Positions 24,571 through 36,985 of a DNA stretch of 64,000 nucleotides are shown in pieces. The stretch comes from Octopus sinensis (lineage: Eukaryota): assembly GCF_006345805.1 (NCBI RefSeq), contig NC_043003.1:15996001-16060000 (forward strand), given 5' to 3'. The notes below the pieces were generated by a model that saw only the letters and a program-made list of their open reading frames with translations, did no database searches and was not told the origin of the DNA. Positions within the stretch are counted from its first letter, which is position 1. Every line of letters starts with the position of its first letter. The translations under genes were made by a program, and so were the position numbers.

Positions 24571-24905
24571 GATTCGAACGTGAATCTATGATCGGTGTGT
24601 TTGAATTCTCGGTGTTTTGTACGTGTCTTGTACCTCATGACTGTTAGGGGTCCCTGTTAGGCAGGGAACAGCACGCAAATCATTCGATTGCTGATTTCTA
24701 TATACAAGAGCCTGTGACATTGTTCCTTTCATTGATCCAGATTGGCTTTGACTGAGGAGACACACAATAAGGCCGAAACACCGTAGTATCTCAAAGACCT
24801 CCCTTATACCAGGAAATCGCGTATGTTATTAACATGCATCGTCTAACGGGAGGTGTTAATGTCCGATTAGGAAAACAATAGCGGTCATACATTCACGTTC
24901 GAACC
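24571..24905. mobile_element. About 335-bp element with 22-bp inverted ends
   Basis: 24573-24594 versus the reverse complement of 24882-24903 match at 20 of 22 positions. Confidence 0.55.
24746..24796 (+). ncRNA. Degenerate type I hammerhead-like motif
   Basis: CTTTGA-CTGAGGA-GAC...GCC-GAAA-CAC cgta GTA-TC-TCAAAG: 6-bp stem I, one mismatch in stem II, one in stem III. Confidence 0.5.
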
Positions 24906-25287
24906 TGGAGCAAAGTATTGAGAATGGCTGCATACTTTAATGGTTGAATTTTGGTTGTTCTCTGTGCACTTCATGAGTAATTAGTTACACCATTAGTTTT
25001 CTAACAAACGAACAAAAAAACTGCTTCGTTACTAATTAATAATTTCAAAAGGATTTTTTTCTTTATTTTACAAATGCTAACGAGGTGTAAAATATTGTCA
25101 AATACATCCCATTTGTGCTTCTAAATACCACTCGCTACATAAATTTGACTAATTCGCTTGATACAGAGTTTTGATGTTTTAACGATGTTATTTGATGGAC
25201 AATATTCATTTTGGAAACAAAACACTTTTTATAACCAATGTAATTCGATAGACACGCGCGCGAATACATAAACGTAGCTATGTATAC

Positions 25288-25327
<40 letters not shown>

Positions 25328-27212
25328 GTATATATGTATATGGCATATAGAAATTCTATTTTATAAAGTATTTCAACTTTAGCTTCAAAAAGTCAAAAAG
25401 TCGAAATCGATAATAAAGCAAAATGTTACGCATGAGTCATAAATAACGAATTAGCATTAATGCTTTAAATTATAAAGTTAAACATGAACTATGTAGAAAG
25501 AAACTATACATTCATTAAAATCATTAGGAATACGTATGTCTACTAATCAAAGCTAATAAAAGAAAAACAGTGGGACGCGAAACGTCAATAATACCTAAAA
25601 GCAATACGTTATGTAATATATAAGCGAGGCGGTGAGCTGGCAGAAACGTTAGCACGCTTAGCGGTATTTCGTCTGCCATTACGTTCTGAGTTCAAATTCT
25701 GCCAAGGTCGACTTTGCCTTTCATCCTTTCGGGGTCGATTAAATAAGTACCAGTTATGCACTGGAGTTGATATAATCGACTTAATCTGTTTGTCTGTCCT
25801 TGTTTGTCCCCTCTTGTGGGTAGTAAAGAAATAGGTATTTCTTCTGCCGCTACGACTTTGCCTTTCATCCTTTCGGGGTCGATTAAATAAGTACCATTTA
25901 CGCACTGTGGTCCATATAATCGGCTTAATCCGTTTGTCTGTCCTTGTTTGTCCTCTCTGTGTTTAGCTCCTTGTGGGTAGTAAAAGAAATAGGTATTTCG
26001 CCCGTCGCTACGTTCTGAGTTCAAATTTCGCCGAAGTCTTAAACCCTTTGTATGTCCTTGTTCGTCCCCCTCCTGTGTTTAGCTCCTTGTGGATAGTAAA
26101 GAAATAGGTATTTTGTCTGTGTTTACGTTCTCAGTTGAAAATTGAGGTCGACTTCGCCTTTCATCCTTTCGGGGTCGATAAATTAAGTACCAGTTGCGTA
26201 CTGGGTCGATTTAATCAACTGGACCCCTCTCCTCCAAAAATTTCACGCCTTATGTCTATAGTAGAAAAAGATGTATTATATAAGCAGTATACATCTAGTA
26301 TATAACCAGTACTGTATTGTGTAATATATCAAGTCTTTGTTTCGTTTTATGAAATAAAATTTAATTTTCAATACATTTTAGAATTTATCGCTCAATTGAA
26401 AGTTGAATCTTCAATCAACATTAACAGGCTTAATTTAAAACAAATTTACATTAATTTTCTTCTCCCGACGGGTAGGCACTAAGTGTAATACAAACATACG
26501 TGCTTATAAATAAATGTTGCGTTATAAGTGATGTATTAGTATTTAATAATTTCAAAAGAAATCCTTAGGTAAATTATGTAAAATGGCGCAGTGTACTAAA
26601 TGTGGCGTAAAATGCTGTCAATTAATTCAGATTTGTAGCTTTCAAATAACTTGCACTACATAAATTCGATCTCTTTGGCCGCACCGCTAATTTACTGCGA
26701 GGTAAACAAACAATACCTGTTTTCAAACGGATGGTGTGACCAACACGGACGCAAAGACACATACGCATAGATATATATATATTATATACATATTAATATG
26801 TGTGTGTATGTGTAAATATATATATATATATCTTATATATATATATATTTCTTTACTACCCACAAGGGCGAAACACAGAGGGGACAAACAAGGACAGACA
26901 GAGGGATTAAGTCGATTACATCGACCCCAGTGCGTAATGGTACTTATTATCGACCCCAAGGATGTGAAAGGCAAAGTCGACCTCGGCGGAAAATTGAACC
27001 CGGAACGTAACGACATACGAAATACGGCTACGCATTCGCCCGGCGTGCTAAGTTTCTGCCAGTTCGCCGCCTTACACATACATACACCGGCACACACGCA
27101 CGCACACAAATACATGCATAAGACTTTCTCACTTACGAGAGTTAAACTAATACATCTATTTGTTGTTTACACACCCGTCTTCGTCTTTTGTTTTTTGGTT
27201 TGGTAATTCTCA

Positions 27213-27312
27213 NNNNNNNNNNNNNNNNNNNNNNNNNNNNNNNNNNNNNNNNNNNNNNNNNNNNNNNNNNNNNNNNNNNNNNNNNNNNNNNNNNNNNNNN
27301 NNNNNNNNNNNN
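27213..27312. other. Assembly gap (100 N)
   Basis: Run of N. Confidence 1.
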
Positions 27313-27580
27313 TGAAATAAATATTAACAGGATTATCCTTGAAAAGAAAAGTTAGTTAAAATCTGTTGATAATATCAGCATACTACATTATATATGTCTA
27401 AAGAGGCTTCCCTATAAAATAGGGTTAGAGGGCACCCAGAAAAATCCTTTCACAAGTGAAATGTTTTGTTTACATTTTTCCAAGAACATTTTTTTCTATT
27501 TCGGTTCCAATGTGTGTTTGTATATTTCCGGTATATAATGTTTGTAATCATTTCACTAATAATTTTACTTGAACTCATTG

Positions 27581-27783
27581 GAAGGTTTGCTGAATGGGAC
27601 CTGGATCTTAGTGCTGTCCGTCAAGGAGTTTTCCAGTCATGGAAAATGACTCGGTGGAATAGTAAGGAAGGAAAGGAGGCCTTTATTCCGTGCATCAACC
27701 TCCGTTCCAATGAGACAACCCTTCCCTTTAGTATGAGTAGACGACAGCTTCCCGTTACTCTAGCATTTGAAATGACTGTAAAA
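27581..27783 (+). mobile_element. Helitron Pif1-like helicase fragment
   Basis: EGLLNGTWILV (fs) EGKEAFIPCINLRSNETTLPFSMSRRQLPVTLAFEMTVK matches GLCNGTRL...FIPRI.L......LPF...RRQFP..LAFAMTINK. Confidence 0.85.
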
Positions 27784-27880
27784 GAAGAAGAAGAAGAAGA
27801 AGAAGAAGAAGAAGAAGAAGAAGAAGAAGAAGAAGAAGAAGAAGAAGAAGAAGAAGAAGAAGAAGAAGAAGAAGAAGAAG

Positions 27881-27909
<29 letters not shown>
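27784..27909 (+). repeat. Pure (GAA)42 tract
   Basis: Directly visible. Another interrupted GAA tract lies at about 56550-56715. Confidence 0.95.
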
Positions 27910-27911
<2 letters not shown>

Positions 27912-28275
27912 CACTATACTCTGGGATTTTCCAGTCAACACCGACAGAACGATCCAGGCTAATCGACCAGACATAGTAATTAAGGACTGGAAAGAAAATA
28001 CTTGTACACTCATAGAGGTAAGTGTTCCCACTGATAAAAATATATCAGTAAAGGAATTTTTTAAATTAAGTAAATATCATATAATTGAAATACAAATGAT
28101 GCGGTTTCTTAAAGCGAGAACTGTTCCTGCTATTGCAGATGCCCTAGGTATGATAAAAAAAATGGGATTTCAGAAACATCTAGATAAGATCCCAGGAGAA
28201 CCATGTCTCAAAGAAATTCAAAAGACTGTGGTGGCATGTATTGCCCGCATCCTTAGAAAAATTTTATCAATTTAA
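27910..28275 (+). mobile_element. R4/Dong-type non-LTR retrotransposon restriction-like endonuclease C-terminus
   Basis: VTILWDFPVNTDRTIQANRPDIVIKD...LIEVSVP...K..KY...ALGMIKK...ILRKILSI*, a PD-(D/E)xK RLE open to its natural stop. Confidence 0.9.
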
Positions 28276-28329
28276 ATGTTTGTGTTGTATTATATGAAGA
28301 TAGTTGTGTTGTATTATATGAAAATATTT

Positions 28330-28425
28330 CGCTATTCCAATGAAGGAGGCTTGGATCTATGTTAGAAACCGGCTCTTTCTCTGATAGTAAGAAATCTTGA
28401 AATAAAACTGAATAATGACATACAT
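28330..28425 (+). mobile_element. Short CCAATGAAGG...GAAACCGG...TGAAATAAAACTGAATAATGAC element next to (ATAC)n
   Basis: Same motif as the three tandem copies at 42935-43440. Confidence 0.7.
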
Positions 28426-28499
28426 ACATATATATATAGACACATAGATACATAGATACATACATGCATACATACATGCATGCATACACACAATAATAT

Positions 28500-28800
28500 A
28501 CATGGTGATTCCTTCATCTTCACAGATGATTGCTGTCTCTTTGAGCTTCCTCATAGTCAATAGTATTTCTAACTTTCCGTCCATCATGTTCTCAGATGAC
28601 TATTCAGTCTCGTTGCAGATCTGCATGTTTTGAAGCATAGGTGACAGACGAATATTGTACGTTAGTGAGCACTTCCAACTTGTTAGGGCTACACATATCG
28701 ACAGTATTTCATCGTCATATGTCTTTCAGTAAATGGAATGACAAATAAGATGACCATAAAGCGACATCTGTACATCATTGGATTATAGAGACAAATATTT
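28500..28800 (-). mobile_element. RTE-clade LINE 3' end
   Basis: FVCHLCFKTCRSATRLNSHLRT matches the RTE C-terminal C..C.R.C.SR.GL.SH.R motif and is followed by a short tail. Confidence 0.6.
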
Positions 28801-28963
28801 ATACAACACCAGTACCATTCTCTGAGTCTCTATGATTGGTACCTAATGAAAGACCCAAGCCACAGGTTTAATATCAAAGTATTTCTCTCCAAGAAGGACG
28901 TTGTGACGTCCTCCTTGAAGAGAGATCCTTCTTGTGACGTCCTACTTGTGAGGTCCTTCTTGG

Positions 28964-29377
28964 AGGCGGCGAGTTGGCAAAAACGTTAGCATGCTGGGCG
29001 AAATGCTTAGCGGTATTTCGTCTGCTGTTACGTTCTGAGTTCAAATTCTGCCGAGGTCGACTTTGCCTTCCATCCTTTCGGGGTCGATAAATTAAGTACC
29101 AGTTACGCACTGGGGTCGATGTAATCGACTTAATCCGTTTGTCTGTTCTTGTTTGTCATCTCTGTGTTTAGCCCCTTGTAGGTAGTCAATAAATAGGTAT
29201 TTCGTCTGCTGTTACGTTCTGAGTAAAAATTCCGCCGAGGTCAACTTTGCCTTTCATCCTTTCGGGGTCGATAAATTAAGTACCATTACGCACTGGGGTC
29301 GATATAATCGACTAAATCCGTCTGTCTCTCCATGTGTGTCCCCTCTGTGTTTAGCCCTTTGTGAGCAATATAGAAAT
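28964..29377 (+). mobile_element. SINE family A dimer with 17-bp flanking duplication
   Basis: AAGAAGGACGTTGTGAC occurs at 28891-28907 and 29378-29394. Confidence 0.85.
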
Positions 29378-30326
29378 AAGAAGGACGTTGTGACATCATC
29401 AAGGGGTCACACACTCCCAGTTCTTTTACTGTGCACTCTGACACCAACCAAGGTATCCCAGTTTTGGGTTAACTAGCATATTTGATGACATATATACATA
29501 CATGCATGTATACATACATAAATACGTGCATAAACCCACCTCACACATATACCTATGCATAAACGTATATACTCCACTATGTGATGTTTACGAGTTACTG
29601 AAACATCCTTGTTTTTTCTATAATCCGTGACACGTGAACTATTTATCTGAGTCAAAATTCAATATTTCAATGATTCTATTTTTTCTATGTTCTATATTTC
29701 TCACTTCATCCCATCCTTACCGAGCCATCCCACGTGCCTATCAAATATCAAAGCCGCGAGTCATTTAGCAGACGACAGTTCTAATAATTTCTCAGTGAAC
29801 AGCAGAAGGTCTATTTTCGTATCTTCTCTTTTCCTTCTTTTCAATTGTTGTTGTTATAGTTTTTATTATTCCACTTCTTCGCATTATTATTATCATTATT
29901 ATTATTATTATTATTACTACCGCTGCTGCTACTACTATTACTTTCTATACTTGTTTTATTGCTCTTCACTCCCGGGTTTCTCCATAGCTGGTGACGTGTT
30001 ATTTCGTCGTGCGCGGGTAGTGCAGCTGAGAAAGCTTGAATAACTATACTTCTTTTTTCATTGCTTTTCACTTCAGGGTGTTTGCTACGCTTGCTACATT
30101 CTCCTCGTCTGCTGTGCTTTCGGTGTACGATATGAGCGCCATGTTATTTATGGTTTTAAAATTATCGTGAATATCCCTTCACTGAGAACAAAATCACTTT
30201 TATGGCCAATGGCTTTGTTGAATTTCTTTATATATTTGTTCTTATTGATGTCACTGATACAAATTGCAGATGTTATTCCACTCTATATATAATGATATCA
30301 GCGATGATATCAAACCTCCATTTTTC

Positions 30327-30372
<46 letters not shown>

Positions 30373-32258
30373 GTTCTCTGAAAATGTTTATTTCTTTTAT
30401 GGATACCTTTTGTGGGTTTTATGACTGCAAACTACTATTCGATGCTAACCAATATATTATTTGTAGCGTTCATTAATCGACCAATTTTTATCCAAGTCCC
30501 GTTTGTAATTTCATTTTTATTACCGTCTGTCTAATTGTTAGTTATCATTGTCCAGTCAACAATAGTTGAGTGGCTTGAAAAGTCTTTCATGCATGTTGGT
30601 CAGTCTGTTTGTGCTATCATTTTGCAATAACGCATAATGCTGCTTAAAACCGTTTTTCTGACGACAAAGCTAAAATCTTGAATGGGAGGCAGTTGGAGGG
30701 TGTACTACTGGAAGAAACTGTCTGAGTTTGTGTGGTAATTTAATGATTGTTATTGCGGCTACACATGGTTTCGTTTGATAGGTCTATTTAATAACGATAC
30801 CCTCCATAACATCACGAAAGAAAAAAAGACATAAATCTACTTTTGGATATGGAACAATTTGTTTAATGCAAATCAAATTGCTAATATAATCCAATTGATT
30901 AGAGATAAAAGGTAATTTTTTATGCAATAAAATAGCAAAATGGATACATTCTCAAAGTCGTCTGCTAAATATATAATAATTCCTAACAATAGCAACGGCC
31001 GCCATTATCGTTAGCTCCACCACCACTACCACGACCATAAAGATAACAACAAAAGCAATAACAACAACGAAAAGTAATAAAACAAAACAGGATGTTTTTA
31101 ATGTTGTTAGCTTCTTTGCGTGGGAGAGTTGATAAGAAGATATTCCCACCATCTTTTCGATCTGTAATAAGTCAATATTATACTTGATATAGGTGAAATG
31201 ATATAGGATTATGCAAATATATAAATATAATTCAAGGTTGCTTGCAGGCTGACGGAATATTACTAATTTGATTTAGTGAAATAGGAGAAAGATAGATACG
31301 GCTCTTTTGAGAGAATATGATGTTCATGCATTTCTGAAAGATCTTAACGACATAAAGGTTTAAAGAACGCCATTTTTGTTTAACCCTTTCGTCTACTTTT
31401 GTCCTTTTTTATGTTTAACTGTTTTCATACACACAAGTATATCATCTAAGTGTATAGTATCCATACTTAATCCGATCTCTCATGCATACACACACACACA
31501 CACACACACGTATGTATGAATGCGTGTGCGCGTATATATATATATATAATATATATATATATATGCATATATATGTATATATATATATATCTATATATAT
31601 ATATATATGTGTATTCTTTTATTTGTTTCAGTCATTTGGCTGCGGCCATGCAGGAGCACCGCCTTTAATCGAGCAAATCGACCCCAGGACTTATTCTTTG
31701 TAAGCCTAGTACTTATGTTATCTGGCTCTTTTGCCAAACGGCTAAGTTACGGGGACGTAAACACACCAACATGAGTAAGAGTTGGACGGGTAATCACTAT
31801 AAGCTGTTGTTTGGAATAGTTCACGCGTGTGCTGAGGTTAGTTAAAGGATTTTTATATTTAGATATAACTGCGGTACTTATGTGTACTCATGACTTTTGC
31901 TTCGGCTTTTTTTCCATGGGCGCATGTAAGTATTTCATTTATTTCTTATCGTATTTTCTACTGAAGAGGAAAAAATCTATGAGATTAATTCCGAAATTGA
32001 TTCAATATAGAAATAACAAACTTTTTAAAAGAATTCTATTGACTAGCTTCCCGATTTCAGTACAACGTATTTCTGTAGTGGGTATATAATATGTGGAAAT
32101 TAACGATTTAAAAGTCTGTTATCAGCATATTGGCATAGAACTAATTTTCTTTTGCCCTTGTTTATAAGTTGTTTATAATTTTAACCTTTAAAGGTATTTA
32201 ATATGCTGCCACTTTTTGATGAAATTCTTTCTGTAAAAAACTTCATCCTATATTAGTA

Positions 32259-32328
<70 letters not shown>

Positions 32329-32374
32329 GTATGTATGTATGTATATATGTGTGTACGCATATTTGTATCTATGA

Positions 32375-32407
<33 letters not shown>

Positions 32408-33103
32408 CGTATAGGCACATGAGTGGCTGTGTGGTAAGTAGCTTACTTACCAACCACATAGTTCCGGGTTCAGGTCCCACTGCGTGGCACCTTGGACAAG
32501 TGTCTTCTTCTATAGCCTCGGGCCGACCAAAGCCTTGTGAGTGGATTTGGTATATTTATATATATATGTGTGTGTATGTTTTGTGTGGCTGTGTTTGTCC
32601 TCCGAACTTCGCTTGGCAGCCGATGCTGGTGTGTTTACGTCCCCGTAACTTAGCGGTTCAGCAAAAGACACCGATAGAATAAGAACTAGGCTTACAAGGA
32701 ATAAGTCCTGGGGTCAATTTGCTCGATTAAGGGCGGTGCTCCAGCGTGTCCACAGTCAAATGATCGAAACAAGTAAAAGAGCAAAAGAGTATGTATGTAT
32801 GTATGTATGTATGTATGTATGTATGTATGTGTGTATGTATGTATGTATGTGTGTATGTATGTATGTATGTATGTATGTATGTATGTATGTATGTATGTAT
32901 GTATGTATGTATGTATGTATATATGTATGTAAGCCAAGAAGAATAATTGTTTATTTGTATGTGCGTGTGTGTGTATGTGTTTTTGTTTCTCTGTATATTT
33001 CTTTGTCTGCTGTGCTTACTGTGTATGGGTTAAGTGTGAATGCATGGGAGTGCGTTTGTGTGCATGTGCTTGCGTGTGTGTGTGTGTGTGTGTATGTGTG
33101 TGT

Positions 33104-33149
<46 letters not shown>

Positions 33150-33339
33150 TGTGTGTGTGTATGTGTCTGTATGAACGTGTGTGTGTATGACGTGTGCATG
33201 CGTGAACAAGTGACCACGCACGGAAAGCAAAGCTTGCAAGTATTTATTTCAAACAGACATTTGAAAAAAAGAAAGCAAAAAGAAGCCCTATACAGATTTC
33301 CCTTAAGATAGAAGAGGAATGTAATATGATTTCGGAGAC

Positions 33340-33850
33340 GATGAGAATGATTGGTGATGCTGATGATGGTAGTTTATTACATTGGTGATGGCAATGCTAA
33401 TGAGGATGATGATGGTGGTGGTAATGATAATGGTGATGGTGATGATGATAATGGTGATGAGGATAATGGTGACGATGATGATGATGATGACGATGATAAG
33501 GATGGTGATGATGATAATGATGATGGGGATGATGGTGGTGATGGAGATGGTGATGATGGTGATGATGATGATAATGATGATGGTAATGATGGTGGTGATG
33601 GTGGTGATGATGATGATGATGATACAGATGGGTTGCTGCTGATAATGATTTTCCACTTACGGCTCGTGAGGAATTTGGTCATGACAATCATTGTGATCGT
33701 CGCGGTAACAATCATCATCATCATCATGTCCATCATTATGATCGTGGTCATTATCATCATCGCCACCGCCAACTCAGCGTTAACTCAAAGAAATCTATTT
33801 TTGTAGCCCTGAAGCTTTCCTGTGATATATCTTCTAAATAATTACTAATC

Positions 33851-33942
<92 letters not shown>

Positions 33943-34050
33943 ATACATATAGTTATAATAATAATAATTATTATTATTATTGTTATTATTTTTATTCTTC
34001 TTCTTATTATTATTATAATTTTAAAATAATAATTATTATTATAAGAATAA

Positions 34051-34109
<59 letters not shown>

Positions 34110-34110
34110 A
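33340..34110. repeat. Degenerate (GAT/GGT)n tract followed by (TAA)n and (TAG)n tracts
   Basis: Directly visible. Confidence 0.95.
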
Positions 34111-34419
34111 ATGAACGAAATACCTATTTCTTTACTACCCACAAGGGGCTAAATACAGAGAGGACAAACAATGACAGACAAACGGATTAAGTCGATTATA
34201 TCGACCCCAGTGCGATACTGGTGCTTAATTTATCGACCCCGAAAGGATGAAAGCCAAAGTCGACCTCGGCGTAATTTGAACTCAGAACGTAACGGCAGAC
34301 GAAATACGGCTACGCATTTCGCTCGGCGTGCTAACGATTCTGCAAGCTCGCCGCCTAAATAACAACGATGATGACGACGACGACGACGACGACGACGACG
34401 ATGATGATGATGAGGGATT

Positions 34420-34870
34420 GCCCATGAATAAGAGTTTGTCATAAGGAATTTTACTGATAATTGTTTGCCATTTAGAGTAGAAAATTTTATGTTCTTGTTC
34501 CGATGCTGATAATGTAGGTGCATAGGAGGAATTACTTATGGCAATAGGAAAGGTCATGAGACGCTTATCAACAGCTTGAAGGACGGATGACAACTTACGA
34601 AGTAAAGTTGATTTAATGGTTAATACCGCACCGTGAACTCTTGCCTCCTCTGCTGGCTTTTTACTCCAAAAGAAAAAAAATGTATAACCTCTCCCAGTTT
34701 CTAATTCACCTATATCTGTAAACCTGATTTCAATTAGAGCAGCACTATCAATATTATATGAGTTGATTACCTTTGCAATTAACGCTGTTTTTCGTTCTAG
34801 ATTGTCTTTGCTGTCTTGTAAATTTATTACATTCCAACGACCGTTAACATGTTTCTTTTATTTTTCTTAT
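34420..34870 (-). mobile_element. RTE-clade LINE apurinic endonuclease N-terminal remnant
   Basis: WNVINLQDSKDNLERKTALIAKVINSYNIDSAALIEIRF...GYTFF...DKRLMT...YAPTLSA...FY...DKLLFMG matches RTE APE (WNV, ERRTALVA.EL.RYNIDIAALSETR, GYTFFWSG, YAPT, DKL..LGDFN). Confidence 0.8.
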
Positions 34871-36562
34871 CCTTATCTCAACCGCAATAAACTGGATGGC
34901 TGGTCATCTGAAGTTAACGCTAAGCTTATTGAAGACAATAGGTTTTTATGGTTCCTTTTGTCATCCCCACCTCTGATATCATAGATAAAGTGTTGCACCT
35001 AAATAAGATTACTTGCCACACAAATGAGGACACGAGTCCTGCAGGTGATTTCCGATTCTACAAAGAAACCATCAGTGTGAGACTCTGGCTAGAATTGTGC
35101 GTAAGATTCTGGCTAGAAACTTCCAGCAAACACCCTTTGTTGGTCCCCATCGCCATAGGACATTCAACTCACCTTCAAACTACTTCCACAATGTAAAGAC
35201 CCCACCTTTATTCTATCAATCTGTTTTGCCGAACTGCTAATTCACGGGAACGTAAGCAAACCAACTTTGTTTGTCAAACGGTGGTGAGAGGCAAACACAA
35301 AGACAAACACGACACGGGCTTCCACACATTTTCCGTCTTCCAAATCTACTCACGATGCTTTGGTTGGCCGAGGGTATAGTAGAAAATACTTGCCCAATGT
35401 GGTATGCTGTGGGATTGAACCTGGAACTATGTGGTTGGGAAGCAAGCCTCTTACCATACAGCTATACCTGAAGGAAGCTCAAAATATTTTATTCTAAGGA
35501 AAGTGAGAGAGAGAGAGAGCCAGAGAGAGAGAGAGAGAGTCAGAGAGAAGGAGTGAGTGAGAGAGAGAGAAAGAGCCAGAGAGAGGGAGTGAGTGAGAGA
35601 GTGAGAGAGAATGTTAGACAGCCAGAGAACGAAAGAGAGAGAGAGAGAACGAGAGAGTGGGAGAGAGAGCAAAGAGAAAGAGAGAATGAGAGTAAAAGAA
35701 AATTATAAAGAAATGTAGAAATCAAAGAGAGGCAGAGAGACTGAGATAAAGACAAAACGTGTTTCTATGTAGGAAAATTCTAAGGAAAGCGAGATAGAGA
35801 GAGAGACAGACAGAGAGAGCGAGAGAGAAAATGAATGAGAGAGAGAGTGACAGACAACCAGAGAATGAAAGAGAGAGAGAGAGAGAATTAAGAATTTAAT
35901 TGACTAAGCAATACTTCATTTCATCGATAATCAAAACGATTATCTCCCTCCGGCCTTGATCATACGATCATTATTTGGACCCCCGAATCGGGTAGACTTT
36001 TGTTTTCTTGAAAGCAAAACACTTATTTTCGCGTTGCTCTGATCTCTTCAAAATGTGACATGTGACACACTGTGCGCCTGTTCAGGAAACGTCGATTTGA
36101 TGGAGGGAGGGAGAGAGGGAGCTAATGTAGAACACAAGCATTTGATCACTATAACCATTTGCGCAAAAGCTGTGAAGCAGGAAATTGCGGAACCCTTCAC
36201 CTATCGTCTTCTGTAGGAGAGTTAAGAAAAGAGAAGGCAAAACAGAAAAATGGTTTATGGGAAATAAGTGGTACGAGCTTGTGTCACCACTGAGCCATGT
36301 GTCTTCGTTTCTACAATAAACTTGTTTTAAGATGCATGGGCTTGTGTCACCCTCTCGTCCAAAAAGCCTAACTCCCTGTGCATATCAAGTTCTGAGTTCA
36401 AATTCTGCCGAAGTCGACTTTGCCTTTCATCCTTTCGCGGTCGATAAAATAAGTACCAGTTGCATAATGAGGTCGATCTAATCGACTGGTCCCCTCACCC
36501 TAGATTTCAGGCCTTGTGCCTCTAGTAAAAAGGATTATTATTATTATTTTTATTATTATTAT

Positions 36563-36629
<67 letters not shown>

Positions 36630-36636
36630 GGTGGTG

Positions 36637-36683
<47 letters not shown>

Positions 36684-36690
36684 GGTGGTG

Positions 36691-36731
<41 letters not shown>

Positions 36732-36740
36732 TTACGGCTG

Positions 36741-36985
36741 ACACTGCGTTCGATTCCCGTTGGTGACCTCTCTGTTATTTTCCGATGACGATAGTGGGTT
36801 CGATTCCCGCTGGCAATCTGTATTATTTTTTCCGCTTACGATACTGGGTTCGATTCCCGCTGGCGACCTCTCTATTATGTTTCTGCTTACGATACTGTGT
36901 TCGATTTCCGCTGGCGATCTTTCTATTATTTTCTGCTGGCGATACTGAGTTCGATTCCCGCTGGTGATCTTATCATTTTCCGTAA
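36741..36985 (+). repeat. Five-unit minisatellite (about 50 bp), each unit containing a B-box (GTTCGATT[C/T]CC)
   Basis: Consensus ATACTGGGTTCGATTCCCGCTGGCGA..TCT.TTATTTT.C.GCT.ACG. The array runs into a SINE-A body fragment. Confidence 0.85.

Noticed and set aside
31284-31357. Plus-strand exon-like segment RKIDTALLREYDVHAFLKDLNDIK
   Set aside because: Weak donor (GTTTAA), a competing upstream AG, and no recognised homology. It cannot be supported without RNA data.
33351-33806. Asp/Gly-rich 151-aa ORF resembling an acidic biomineral protein
   Set aside because: It is a degenerate (GAT/GGT)n repeat open in several frames, with no signal peptide or splice support.
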